Source of the DNA: Octopus sinensis
Taxonomy: Eukaryota
Direction of reading: 5' to 3'
Length of the DNA: 44,352 bases
Assembly: GCF_006345805.1 (NCBI RefSeq)
Contig: NW_021835135.1
Location: 1 to 44,352, forward strand
Below the pieces are notes generated by a model. It did no database searches. It was not told where the DNA came from and saw only the letters and a list, made by a program, of their open reading frames with translations. How positions within the stretch are numbered: position 1 is the stretch's first letter; each line of letters starts with the position of its first letter. The position numbers and the translations under genes are program-made. Positions 22,950-34,380 of this stretch are shown in pieces.

Positions 22950-24435
22950 TAAACTTTGTATTATTTGAAATTTCCTCTGATATGCGGCATTTGGTGAATG
23001 AGAACGTTTGATGCTGTCATCATCTGTGTTTCCTGAAGTGAGGTAAGCTCATCCGGAAACCTTGACAGGAGGAGATCCATTTTTTTAAAAACACTTGTAT
23101 CCACCATATACAGATCTCTCAAGCTTTTTAGGTTATTGAAGGAGTATAGTCCCTTGAAACCCAAGCAGTTGCAGTACATGATCCTGTATTTTGACGGTGA
23201 TGTTGAGATCCTTGACACTTTGCTGCGGCGCCCCGTTCTGCTGTTTACGTTAACTTTCAATGGCAAAGTTTGGTACAAGTTTTTCCAGGATCTTCGAGAC
23301 GTGTATCACTGCATATCTTTCCCGTCTTCGTTCTAAGGAGTAGAGTCTTAACTTTTTCAGTTTTTTCCAATAGCTGACACGTGTCACTGAGACGATTTTC
23401 TTTGTGTAGCTTCGCTGGATTACTTCGTGTTCCGCCTTTAATTTTGTATTATGTGGTGACCATAACTGGGAACAGCTGAAGACATATGATGTCTTCCAGA
23501 AGATAATCATGGTTTCCTGTTCTTTCGCTCTGAAAGTTCGGAGGTTCCATCCGGCTAGCCGCGTGTATTTTATTGCCAGCTTAATGATACGCACCTGGAA
23601 AGGAGCATCATTACTCAGGTCAATGCACCAGTCCCTCATGGGTCAATGTATCCTGTCTGCATTTTGCTTAGCTTTGTGCGCTGGTAACGCAAAGCTTGGA
23701 ATTTTCCAGCATTAAATTGCATTTTATTGTCATCAGCCCACATATATATTTCGCCTAACCCTAGTTTCCAGGCGGCTTCTGTGTCTTCTGTGAGACTTTC
23801 GTGTCATCTAAACAGCTTGTAACGGTGGCTATCTGAGTAGCTGAGGGCATGTCTAAGAGGGTCACTATGATTAGCTGTGGCTCTAAAACTGTCATTATTT
23901 GTGTTTCCTTTAAGGTGGCTACATTTACCACCACTGCCTGACTTCTATTTTTTACAAAGTCGTGTAACCACCCTCAGAGTTTTCCTACCGAGATCACACA
24001 GTTTGGACCTATCATTCTGGAGTCGACTTTATCAAGGGCTTTTGCAAAGTCAAGATACATCATGTCTACGTTGGGGTTGTTGAGAAACTACTTTAACACC
24101 CAGTCGTAGTGCTATAAGAGAAGTTTCGGGCAGCTTCTACCAGATAGAAAACCGTGCTGGGTGTCAGTCAGTGAAATCATTCTCTTTAAGGAATGCAATT
24201 AGTTTTTTGCGGACTATTCGTTCCATGACTTTGTTAAAGTGTGAGGTTAGAGAAATAAGCCTATAATTTTTAGCATCATCTGTTTCCTCTTTTACGGAAA
24301 CGACATACTATTCCCTCCTTCATTTTGCCTGGGTGCTTACCACTTGCAAGGAAGCTCTGAGAATGAAGCCGTAATAGTTTGCAAGGGTACGTTTGCAGTA
24401 TTAGGGAAGGATTGCTAGGAATCCATCTCTACCTT
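22950..24435 (-). pseudogene. Decayed CR1-group LINE, RT domain and 3' end
   Basis: Minus-strand motifs RLISLTSHFNKVMERIV, QHGFLSGRSC, YLDFAKALDKVD, SCLDDTK (degenerate YADD) and KLRLYSLERRRERY; many stops and frameshifts. Confidence 0.88.
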
Positions 24436-24460
24436 CCTCGCTCGTGGTAGATCAAAAGCA

Positions 24461-24779
24461 GTTACGACTGAATGCGTGACGTGAACTGAGAGAACACTTG
24501 GAAGTTGATCCGGGCCTTTTTTTTGGAGGTCGTCACTGATGGCGAAAGATGGTGCTGCGGAATTTGCAGATGTGGAAGAGGGGAAGAAAAAGCGATGGAA
24601 GCGTTAAAAGGCATCATTTCGCAAGAGTTCCTACACTGCTTCGAATAGCGGAAAACGCATCTGGACCGATGCATTGCTTCACATGGAGGAAACTCTGAAG
24701 GTGATAAAAGTGCAAACGTAAAACTAAGTGAATAAAATAATATTGCAAAATTCAGGTTTCTTTCGGGTCCCCACTTGTA
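24461..24779 (+). pseudogene. mariner transposase remnant with probable 3' TIR
   Basis: LEVDPGLFLEVVTDGERW (ITGDETW-like, frameshifted) and EALKGIISQEFLHCFE*RKTHLDRCIASHGGNSEGD (C-terminal C..G.YFE-like); ends ...gggtccccacttg|ta. Confidence 0.75.
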
Positions 24780-25064
24780 CAATTCAGACTTCAATATTAA
24801 GTTTTTTAAATTCATTTCTCAACGAAGTCGATCGTCACGGTCTAATGTCAGCGATGAGCTAACGTATTTGGTTAAGATGCGGTGACCCTATTTACAATGT
24901 TTACGATGGACAGAGAATTTTTTCAGTTGATAAAACAGGACTAGAAATATAACAAGATTCCATGCAGAAAGGGAAATTACTAAGACGGAGATGTTACACT
25001 CTCCTAATAACAGTTAATTTACAAATCAATAACGAAATTTACCAAAAAGCGAATTTACATGTAT

Positions 25065-26990
25065 GGAGACCTCTTGTTCTTGGATTGCACAGATGTAGCC
25101 TTCTAAGTGGAATATCCTAAACTTGTCGGTACTCCATGCAAGCTTTTGACATGGTCAGTCCATTCTGCAGCTTGTGTTTTACGTACCAAGCGCCCATGTT
25201 CTATCTTCTCAGTGAACTGGTCCATTTTTCTGTTGTTCTGGTAAATAGATTTAACCATTGGCCCTTGGGGCGAGATCTGTATGAGCTCTTATTTCATACC
25301 TCTCCTCAACTTCATTATCCCAAGTATATTACTGGTTTTATGGTCACGAACTTAGGCAGGATAGTTACTGTTCTCTTTCCTCTGCTGCAGAAGTTGTTTC
25401 TGTGCCAGTATGTGTTTCATGTGACATCAGTACAGATTTGAGACCGCGACCACCATCCTTGCATGGGAAGTATAGCCTGTCTACATTTTCATTGGTGTTA
25501 AAATTTCCTGTAACACAGAAACGCTTGCGAGTTGGGAAATCTATCGAATTTAGTTCCTATAGTGTCCATCTCAGAAGGCCAAAGGCACGAAGACAGGCAC
25601 TACAAGGGTGTTGTGAGCAATATGCTTGTTATAAGTTGAGAGTTCTGATGACCATATTCTCTTTACTCTCCCGCCATATTCCTGTCTTGCCCTCTTCTTG
25701 TTTATGGGTCCATCATATCCGACATTCTCATCTTGCCCGAGATATATCTATGACTGTCACCTGACTGTAGAAGTTTGAATTGTCAATCCGTTCATTGTAA
25801 GATTTTCAGAGGAGGGCACAACTTTTCCACGTTTTATCGTTAAAAAGGCACTTTTAGACTCACTAAATTTCATCCCAATGTCAGTAGAAAATTGGGTTAT
25901 AAGGTTCAATTGTTTTTATATGGTTGATATTTGGCCCATACAATTTCAGATCACCGACAAAGAAAGGATGGGAGATACTTCTGGATCCATTTCTCTGGTC
26001 ACTATGTTTTTGTGAGCGAGTATGATAACGGATTTAATGAGAAGACGAAGAGTAACAGTGAGAGGATATCACCCTGACGTTTACCTTTTTGGCAGTAAAT
26101 GCCAATCTGCTCCTTATCAGTCCTAAACAACAAAGTGGTTGTACTAAGTCTTAGTCAGGAATTCTATAGTAGTCACTCGTGGTTGTACTAGCTGGTTTGG
26201 CTAACTGTAAAGCCTCGATAATCCACCCATGCCGTATACTATCAAAAGCCTTCTGTAGTCCAGTCATACTAGTTAACTTGCTGCGATTTTTCTGGTTTAT
26301 CTTCGATCGTTGTAATTAGTAGTTACTCCTTCTTTCCTTCAACTTGTTCATGTGTTATAATGTTGTTGGTGGCACAATGATCATGCAAGAACAGATTGAG
26401 ACACCCTGTGTATAATTTGTACATGATGTTCTAGTAATTTTTAGCAAGGGTTTACCATTTTAGGGGATGCAGTTGATAACCATTGGAGCAGTTCTTGTGT
26501 GTCCTTGATACTCGCCGATAAAAAGTGAAATTCTTCAGCCTGTAACCTGTTATGAGGTTTGGGCCTGAGGATTTCCTGTTTGACATTTCTGTACAACTAT
26601 TTCCAGTACTTCGCCGGGGTTTTTGTTTTGCTTGTTTTTTGGGGGGTTTTTTTATATTGCTTTTGCTGAACATGCTTATAGTTGTCCTGCTCCACTTCTT
26701 TTAGTCATCCGGCTTGTTTGTTTAACTGAACATTTATTTCCCGTTCAGATCTCCAATTTGGTCTTTTGGCCCTCAATCTGATTTTTGTGGAGGTCTCTCG
26801 TGCAGTGATTGAACCTTTTGCATTGAAGGTGCAGTAAACTGTCTTGGAATCTCTGGCAAATAATTTACTGGACAATTACCGTTTATATGTTGTGGATTTT
26901 CCTTTTAGTTTTTCAACTGTAGCTAGGAGACTTTTCAGCTAGCGCAGTTTAGAGTTTAGAATTTTGAATCTTGTATCACCAAATTACCTT
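25065..26990 (-). pseudogene. Decayed R4/Dong-like LINE (RT domain)
   Basis: Minus strand: NIMYKLY, QKAFDSIRHGW, RQGDIL, ISHPFFVGDLKLYG (degenerate F/YxDD), GNFNTNENVDRLYFPCKDGGRGL, EGYICAIQEQE. May continue at 27580-28320 beyond the SINE. Confidence 0.87.
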
Positions 26991-27002
26991 TTTTACACTT
27001 TA

Positions 27003-27200
27003 ACTCTTTTACTTGTTTCAGTCATTTGACTGCGGCCATGCTGGAGCAGCGCCTTTAGTCGACCAAATCGACCCCAGGACATTCTTTGTAAGCCTAGTAC
27101 TTATTCTATCAGTCATTTTTGCCGGACCGCTAAGTGACGGTGACGTAAACACACCAGCATCGGTTGTCGTGATGTTGGGGTGACAAACACAAACACACAA

Positions 27201-27241
<41 letters not shown>

Positions 27242-27255
27242 ACACACACACACAC

Positions 27256-27292
<37 letters not shown>

Positions 27293-27577
27293 TCATCATT
27301 GTTCGACCGTGGTCGAGACAATGGAATTACCATGTTGCGCCAGACTTCACGGTCCATCATAGCATTACGGAGGTCCTGTTGCTGGATGCCTGTATCCCTG
27401 GAGATTACATATATACGACGGGCTTCTTTCAGTTTCCGTCTACCAAATCCACTCACAAGGCTTTGGTCGGCCTTAGGCTATAGTAGAAGACACTTGCCCA
27501 AGGTGCCACGCAGTGGGACTGAACCCGGAACCATGTGGTTGGTAATCAAGCTACTTACCACACAGCCACTCCTACGC
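27003..27577 (-). mobile_element. tRNA-derived SINE with internal (TG)n microsatellite
   Basis: Head gcgtaggagtggctgtgtggtaagtagc...ccgggttcagtccc, tail ccagcatggccgcagtcaaatgactgaaacaagtaaaagag. Same family at 32975, 34578, 38512 and 39670. Confidence 0.92.
27290..27410 (-). mobile_element. 5'-truncated RTE-type LINE 3' end nested in the SINE microsatellite
   Basis: VISRDTGIQQQDLRNAMMDREVWR (AxDRxxWR terminal motif) followed by a (GAT)n tail. Confidence 0.75.
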
Positions 27578-28344
27578 TCAAGTTTTTTCTTTTTTATTTC
27601 TGAGATCTTCCTGATGTTATGTGAGGCTGTTCTCTCGTTACATTTCATAACTACAATCATCTGCGAGATGCTTTTTTGCAGCATTAAATTTCAGTTTTTA
27701 AATCACATGCCCATGCTTGAATCTCGATCCGTTAGCAATGTAACAGCTGAAACACATATCAAGATGATTAATAGTTCCATAGTCTGTATTCATACATCCT
27801 AGACTGTATGGTCTCCAAATATCTGTTTGTGCTCTCCTTTACTGATTCTAATTCTAATTTACTGGGTTCCTTACTGATACTGATGTTATATGGTCTGTCA
27901 TTCAAATTAAGATTGCAACATCCCACATCACTTGTAAGGCGTCCACAAGTTTTTGGTGTTCTTCTGCTTGTACAGCGTAGGTATGGATCGCAGTTATATT
28001 GCTGGCATGTTGCTTGCTGCTAGATTTAGCCGACCCATTTGTCTGTCCACCAGTGGAAATGAGATGGATTTCAGCCAAATTGTTGGTGTGTTGTTTACTG
28101 CTAAATTCAGCTGACCGTCCTACCTGTCCATCAATGGAAGTGGGATGATTATCTTCAATGGCTGGCTTTATGGTGCCTACCTACTTTGAATCAGACATGA
28201 TTGTTAGATGTATTCATTTACAACTAATAATACGTTTTGCTGGTTCATTTAAATGAAATTTGGGGATGAATCTAATCCTGATGTTTAGAGTTCCACAAAT
28301 ATTTTAGCTTTTGCATAAAACTGATCTTCTGGGGCTCAGACAGT

Positions 28345-28662
28345 ACTCCGTATAGTACTCCGTCGGTTACGACGACGAGGGTTCCAGTTGATCCGATCAA
28401 CTGAATAGCCTACTCATGAAATTAACGTGCAATTGGCTGAGCACTCCACAGATACGTGTAACTCTAACGTAGTTCTAAGGGAGATTGAGCGGGACACAGA
28501 ATGTGACAAGGCTGATCCTTTGAATCACAGGTTCTACTCATTTTTGCTAGCTGAATGGATTGGAGCAACATGAAATAAAGTGTCTTGTTCAAGGACACAA
28601 CGCACCACAGGATATCGAACTCACGACCTTACGATCGTCAGCCGATTACCCTAACCACTAAT
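28345..28662 (-). mobile_element. tRNA-derived SINE
   Basis: Head tagtggttagggtaatcggctgacgatcgtaaggtcgtgagttcgatatcc; tail cgtcgtcgtaaccgacggagt shared with the 41351 copy. Confidence 0.88.
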
Positions 28663-28829
28663 CCACTAATCATACTTCATATAAATCTTAGTTAAGATCC
28701 ATTGTAGGATTTTTTTCTGTTTGGCAGCGACTTGTAATTTTTCTTTCAATTTTTGTTCTAATTGATTTCTTATTTGTTGAATTGGTGCAGTTTCCGTTTT
28801 GTAGAGAACGAAAAGCAGTCCGTAACAAG

Positions 28830-29070
28830 AACGAGAGACGAGGATGCCACGTCAAATTTTATATGGTGAACTTTCCACCGGAAGAACACTCCGTGTCTGT
28901 CCTCTCCGTCGAAACAAGGGCAAGCTGAAGCAAAAGCTAAAACTGACTGGAATCGATCCCAAAGCGTGGGACACTGAAGATCAGGACAGGCCCGGCTGAC
29001 ATCATTCCATCACCACTATGACAGATCATTTTGAAGTTGGACGACAGTCGAAAGAAGAAGAGAAATGACA
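28830..29070 (+). pseudogene. RTE-clade LINE C-terminal remnant
   Basis: RMPRQILYGELSTGRTLRVCPLRRNKGKLKQKLKLTGIDPKAWDTEDQDRPG* resembles the RTE RxPKxILYGEL...DRxxWR pattern. Confidence 0.78.
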
Positions 29071-29201
29071 ATAAAGAAAATGGAGGTGCAACAATCTAAG
29101 CCCCCAACGTGGATCCTTTGTGAACTTTGAAACAGACACTTTCGTTAGTTATCATATGTATATGTGTGTGTATGTATGTATTCATATACATACATATATA
29201 C

Positions 29202-29276
<75 letters not shown>

Positions 29277-29371
29277 GGGAAGCTTAATGAAAATAAACAA
29301 AAGACGAAGGCAGGTGGAATACAAACAAACAATTGTATTAGTATGGCGCTCAGGAATATAAATAAAACAAG

Positions 29372-29408
29372 TATTTTACGTTTCGAGCCTACGCTCTTCA
29401 ACAGAAAG
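29372..29408 (-). ncRNA. Degenerate minimal hammerhead ribozyme in a Penelope-like non-coding tail (~29275-29660, ends in (TA)n)
   Basis: Minus strand: cttt-CTGTTGA-a-gagc gtag gctc-GAAA-cg-TA-aaat. Position A6 is changed to U; stem III is the palindrome ACGT. Confidence 0.62.
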
Positions 29409-29675
29409 ATACACAGAAAAGAAACACAGAAAAGAAACAAGGAGAGAAAAAAATGCGTGCAGAGGCTAGCGAATCAACATGGCGATCTGATTTCGGCCAG
29501 AAGTCAAAGATCAAACGTGAGACGCAAGAGCGAAATTAGGGGGATAATAGGGTTAAATGACCTCGCCCCAACATAAGAGTGTGTGTGTTTATGTGAGAGG
29601 GTATGTAGTGCGTATGAGAGGTCTGGACGTGTGTATGTATATATGAGTGTGTGTAAAGTCGTATGGTGTAGTGTA

Positions 29676-29900
29676 GAGAGAGGAGATGAGGGGGAGAGGG
29701 GAAGAATGGGGGAGGTAAGGGGGAGAGAGGGGAGAGGGGGGGGAGGGGAGGGGGAAAGAGGATAAGAGGAGGGGAAGGGGAAGAAGGAAGGAGAGGAGAG
29801 GAGGAGGGGAGAGGAGGAGGGAGGATAGAGGGAGAGGGGGAGAGAGAGAGAAGGGGAGTGAGGGAGAGAGAGAAGAGGGAAGGGGAAGAAGGGAAAGAGG
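29676..29900. repeat. Polypurine (GA/GGA) tract
   Basis: Direct inspection. Confidence 0.93.
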
Positions 29901-30212
29901 AGTAGTAGGTGAAAGGATGAATATATATATATATAAATGACAATACACCATGCGAAAAAATCAAAAATATGAAATGATAATTTACCCAATGCACCTTGTG
30001 TATACATGTTTTTGTGCGTATAAACATATATACATTATATATATATATATATATCTATATATATATAGATATATATAATTATAATTATTACCTTTGAGTA
30101 TTTTATTCCAAGCTAGCCACCTGATAAGATCGGTATTTTTAATAACGATCTTATCCTTATTTATATAAATATAGATATATATATATATATTTTATTATAT
30201 ATATGTGTGTGT

Positions 30213-30285
<73 letters not shown>

Positions 30286-30289
30286 GTAC

Positions 30290-30520
30290 ATCAATGAAAT
30301 CAACGCAGTACTGCAAGCTCTCAGGAAATAAGGTGTGACGTCGCAATACATCACCCTCTTTAGGGAGACGAATACTGAGTGCAGAACGTGTGTGGCCCTA
30401 TTTCTGTTATCCTCACCTGTGAATGTTCCGATGGAGAAGGTGTCAAGCAAGGAGAAACCATCTCTCCTAGGCTCGTCATGGCTCGTCTAGAGATGGTCAT
30501 ACGAGACATTAACTAAAACC
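30290..30520 (+). pseudogene. RTE-like LINE RT fragment
   Basis: EINAVLQALRK*GVTSQYITL...GVKQGETISPRL (GVxQGDxxSP motif). Confidence 0.75.
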
Positions 30521-30642
30521 GAGACATAGGGATAAGCGAAAAGCTGCTCACCCATCTAAAAATTTAAAATATGAAATGATAATTTGCCCATTGCACCTTG
30601 TGTATATTTGTGTATATATACATGTTTTTGTGCGTATAAACG

Positions 30643-30835
<193 letters not shown>

Positions 30836-30904
30836 GCATTCTGAAATTACATGTCCATGGAAAGGTGGTTAGGCCACTCGAAATAAATAATTCAAAATTC
30901 TGTG

Positions 30905-31025
30905 CCCGAGGTCGATTTTGCCTTTCATACTTTTGGAATCGATAGAATAAGTTGTAGTGGAGTACTGAGGTCGACTTACCCCTACATCTGAAATTGCTGG
31001 CCTTGTATCAAATTTTGAAACCAGT
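30905..31025 (+). mobile_element. SINE body fragment (related to the satellite-source family)
   Basis: gaggtcgattttgcctttcat...tactgaggtcgacttaccc...tttgaaacca. Confidence 0.7.
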
Positions 31026-31226
31026 ATGTCTTATTTAAAAGAACGGGTCCAAGAATATACATTTCATTTCTTCCAAAATTATTTTTCCGGCAGCTAGTTA
31101 ATAAAAGGGTTAATAATAAAAGTTAAGTTCCTACCGTAGAGATAGTGAAGAATAGAGAAGCAAACTGATCAACGCAATGGGTAGAAAGAGAGACATACCG
31201 ATAGGAGCAAGGTTTTAGGTGAAGCA

Positions 31227-31702
31227 ATGACGGCTATGACGGTGGTGGTTGGTGTTGTTTGTTGTGGTGGTAGGTTGGTGGGGTGGTTGGGTGATGGTGT
31301 CGTCATCATCGAGATGGTCATGGTCATAGTGGTCTTCGTCGTCGTCGTTATCGTCTTCGTTGTTGTAGTAGTGGTTACGGTGGTGGTGGTGGTGCTGCTG
31401 CTGCTGCTGCTGATTTTATGATGGTGGTGGTGATCGTCGTCGTCATGATGATGATGATGAGAGGGAGGAGGCGGAGGCGGAGGCGGAAGGAGGTGGAGGA
31501 GGGAGAGGAAGAGGAGGAGGGAGGAGGGAGGAGGGAGTGGAGGGAGAGTAGGAGGAGAGAGAGAGAGGAGGAGGAGGAGGAGGAGGAGGAGGAGGAGAGA
31601 GAGAGGGGAGGAGGAGGGGAGGAGATGGGAGAGGGAGAGGAGGATGGAGAGGAGAGGAGGAGGGAGAGGGAGAGGAGGAGGGAGAGGAGGGAGAGGAGGA
31701 GG
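31227..31702. repeat. Compound trinucleotide (GGT/CGT/GAT/GAG) and polypurine tract
   Basis: Direct inspection. Confidence 0.93.
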
Positions 31703-32329
31703 ATATGCAACAGATGGGAAGCATGTAGGTGGTTGCGAGGATGAAAATGCTAATTCCCGCCCAAGATCACACTCTCCATAAGACCTTATTTATTGGTCGT
31801 CTATTCTACGGTCTCCGTAATGACACCATAAAACCATATTCTTCATTGTATATTACCAGTCACCTTAATAAATATTACTGGTTGTTTATTACAGCTTCCA
31901 TAGAAATTCATTTGTCGACTGCTTATTGCAGTCATCCTAAAATTTCATTTATTGAGATGGGAATTAAAAGATCAGTTTCGTTTGTTTAATAGGTATATGA
32001 TCAAATGTATTCCAGATTTCGTTATATTTCGGGATGGTCATTTTTCTGGTTTTTTGGGGTGTTTTTTGCCTTGTATCATAGAAAGACAGAATGGACTAAA
32101 GAGAACAGGAGGAGACACGTGTGATGGAGAGTAGTTGAAGAGATCGCAGGATGTGTGTTGAAAGATTTCAGACAAAGGACACAAGGATAAGAACAGCAAT
32201 AAAACTGAAGTATCTTGTACGTGTGTTTCTTTGACAAAAAGAAAAAAAAATGACCATCACGCACTGAGATCGATGAGGTCGACTTACCCTTCCACCGAAA
32301 TTTCAGGCCTTGTGCATATAGAAGAAAAG

Positions 32330-32360
<31 letters not shown>

Positions 32361-32362
<2 letters not shown>

Positions 32363-32875
32363 TAGAAATATTGAATTTCTAAATGTCTCAACGAGACATG
32401 AGCAGTGGTGGGGCGATAGAGTGGTTGTATAAAGTCAACATAACGTGACGGTCCCATAGAGGGAATTACACCACCGCTATATAGCCCTAGGAAGCATCGA
32501 CGCTTCTTGTCGGCTTTGACACATTCCTGCGCCCTTATATTTGCAAAGGGAATTTAGAAATTCAATATTTCTAATTACGGTGACCAGTGAATAAATTTCA
32601 CTGTAAATAGATATATTCGCAAGGGCTTGGAAAGTATCACTGCTAGCGGGGACACGCTACCCTGAACTGATGACGGGCAATACCCAGAAACATGCATGTC
32701 CCCAGGTTGCTAGTTCTAGCTGGTGGGGGGTACTTGCCTCCCCTTTGCAAATATAAGGACACAGGAATGTGTCAAAGCCGACAGGAAGCGTCGATGCTTC
32801 CCAGGGCTATATAGCAGTGGTGTGGTTCCCTTTAAGGGACCGTCACGTTATGTTGACTTTATACAACCATTCTAT
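32361..32875 (+). mobile_element. Hammerhead-containing non-coding element with inverted partial copy (retrozyme/Penelope pLTR-like)
   Basis: Arms 32416-32550 and 32741-32875 are reverse complements; 32361-32384 is the reverse complement of 32552-32574. HHR lies in the spacer. Second family copy at 39493-39650. Confidence 0.8.
32661..32706 (+). ncRNA. Type-I hammerhead ribozyme (C3-G8), GUC cleavage site after 32700
   Basis: cctgaa-CTGATGA(32667)-c ggg caata ccc a-GAAA-catgcatg-TC-cccagg. Palindromic stem III; stem I cctg/cagg with two proximal mismatches. Confidence 0.78.
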
Positions 32876-32974
32876 TATTATTTATTTATCTATTTTGTTC
32901 ATCATGTACAAGTACGTGGGTATTCATCTTCATTATATCCATTTCAAACAATTTTAGAAAAATTGAATCATGCT

Positions 32975-33181
32975 AGGGGAACAAACACAGACACACAAAC
33001 ACATACACACATACATACATATATACGACGGGCTTTTTCAGTTTCCGTCCTACCAATCCACTCACAACAAGGCATTGGTCGGCCCGGGGCTATAGCAGAA
33101 GACAAGATGCCACGCAGTGGGACTGAACCCGGAACCATGTGGTGGTTAGCAAGCTACTTACCACACAGCCACTCCTGCGCC
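32975..33181 (-). mobile_element. tRNA-derived SINE 5' half
   Basis: gcgcaggagtggctgtgtggtaagtagcttgct...ggttccgggttcagtccc. Confidence 0.88.
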
Positions 33182-33182
33182 C

Positions 33183-33213
<31 letters not shown>

Positions 33214-33447
33214 TAATGTAGGATAAAAATGTTTTCGAAAAAAGATTTTATCAATGGCCAGCATATTAAAAAATACCTTCAAAGGTTAAAATTATAAACA
33301 ACTTATAAATAAGGGCAAACGAAAACATTTCTAATGCCAAATATTCCGAAAATTGGACATATTGTCCATTACCATATAAATTTTCACAATACGCACGCTA
33401 CTCGAAAAAAGGCCGACAGAAATTTCTAAAAAATTCCATTATTACCA

Positions 33448-33500
33448 TATCGGACCGATTTCAGGGTTAGTTCGTAAGAACCCTCCCTTCGTCAGTGATA
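33448..33500 (-). ncRNA. Type-I hammerhead ribozyme (C3-G8) in a Penelope-like tail (~33215-33718)
   Basis: Minus strand: tatca-CTGACGA-aggg agggttcttacgaactaa ccct-GAAA-tcgg-TC-cgata. Stems I and II pair; GUC site. Confidence 0.8.
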
Positions 33501-33718
33501 AATGTAGTAAAAAAATAAATGAGATAGTTACTCATACCCATGGAAGAAGCAAACACTAAGTCATGAGCACAATTAAGTACCCCAAATACATCCAAAATAG
33601 AAATACTCCAGCCCATTCGAGACACGTGCGATTTTTAATTGTGCTCATGACTTAGTGTTTTGCTTCTTCCATTTTATCTCATTTATTTCTTTGACACATT
33701 TATCACTGACGCAGGGAG
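33483..33718. repeat. Inverted repeat 33483-33576 / 33635-33718
   Basis: aaacactaagtcatgagcacaattaa vs ttaattgtgctcatgacttagtgttt; the right arm ends in a half-hammerhead (tatcactgacgcagggag). Confidence 0.88.
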
Positions 33719-33929
33719 TGGTGGTGGTGGTGGTGGTGGTGCTGCTGCTGCTGGTAATGGCAGCGGCGGTGACAGTGGCGGCGGAGGTGGTGGTGACGTC
33801 GATGACGGCGATAGCGATTCTACCAAAGTTATCAGTATCGTCGCCACCACCACCACCACCACCACATTCATCACTATTATCATCACTACTTCTGCCATCA
33901 CTATTACCTGTCTCCCATGTCTTTGCTCA

Positions 33930-34124
33930 CCTGGCACAAGACCAGCAAGTTTAGTAGGGAAGAGGTTAATACGATGGCATTGATCCCAATGCTCAACGAC
34001 CCCGAAAGAATGAAAGATAAAGTCGACCTCGGTGGAATTTGAAGTCAGACCGCAAAAAGGCGCACGAAATGACCCCAAAGCATTTTGCCCGGCGTGCTAA
34101 CGACTCTGCCAGCTCACCGCCTTA
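33930..34124 (-). mobile_element. tRNA-derived SINE (satellite-source family)
   Basis: Minus strand begins taaggcggtgagctggcagagtcgttagcacgccgggcaaaatgc. Confidence 0.88.
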
Positions 34125-34144
34125 TAAATTCAAATAGCTAACTC

Positions 34145-34380
34145 TAAGGCGGCGAGCTGGCAGAATGGTTAGCACGCCGGGCGAAATGCGTAGCCGTATT
34201 TCGTCTGCCGTTACGTTGTGAGTTCAAATTCCGCCGAGGTTGACTTTGCCTTTCATCCTTTCAGGGTGAATAAATTAAGTACCAGTTATGCACTGGGGTC
34301 GATGTAATCGACTTACTCCGTTTGTCTGTCCTTGTTTGTCCCTTCTATGTTTAGCCCCTTGTGGGTAATAAAGAAACACA
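34145..34380 (+). mobile_element. Full-length tRNA-derived SINE (satellite-source family)
   Basis: taaggcggcgagctggcagaatggttagcacg...gagttcaaattcc (B-box)...gtgggtaataaagaaa. Confidence 0.93.
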
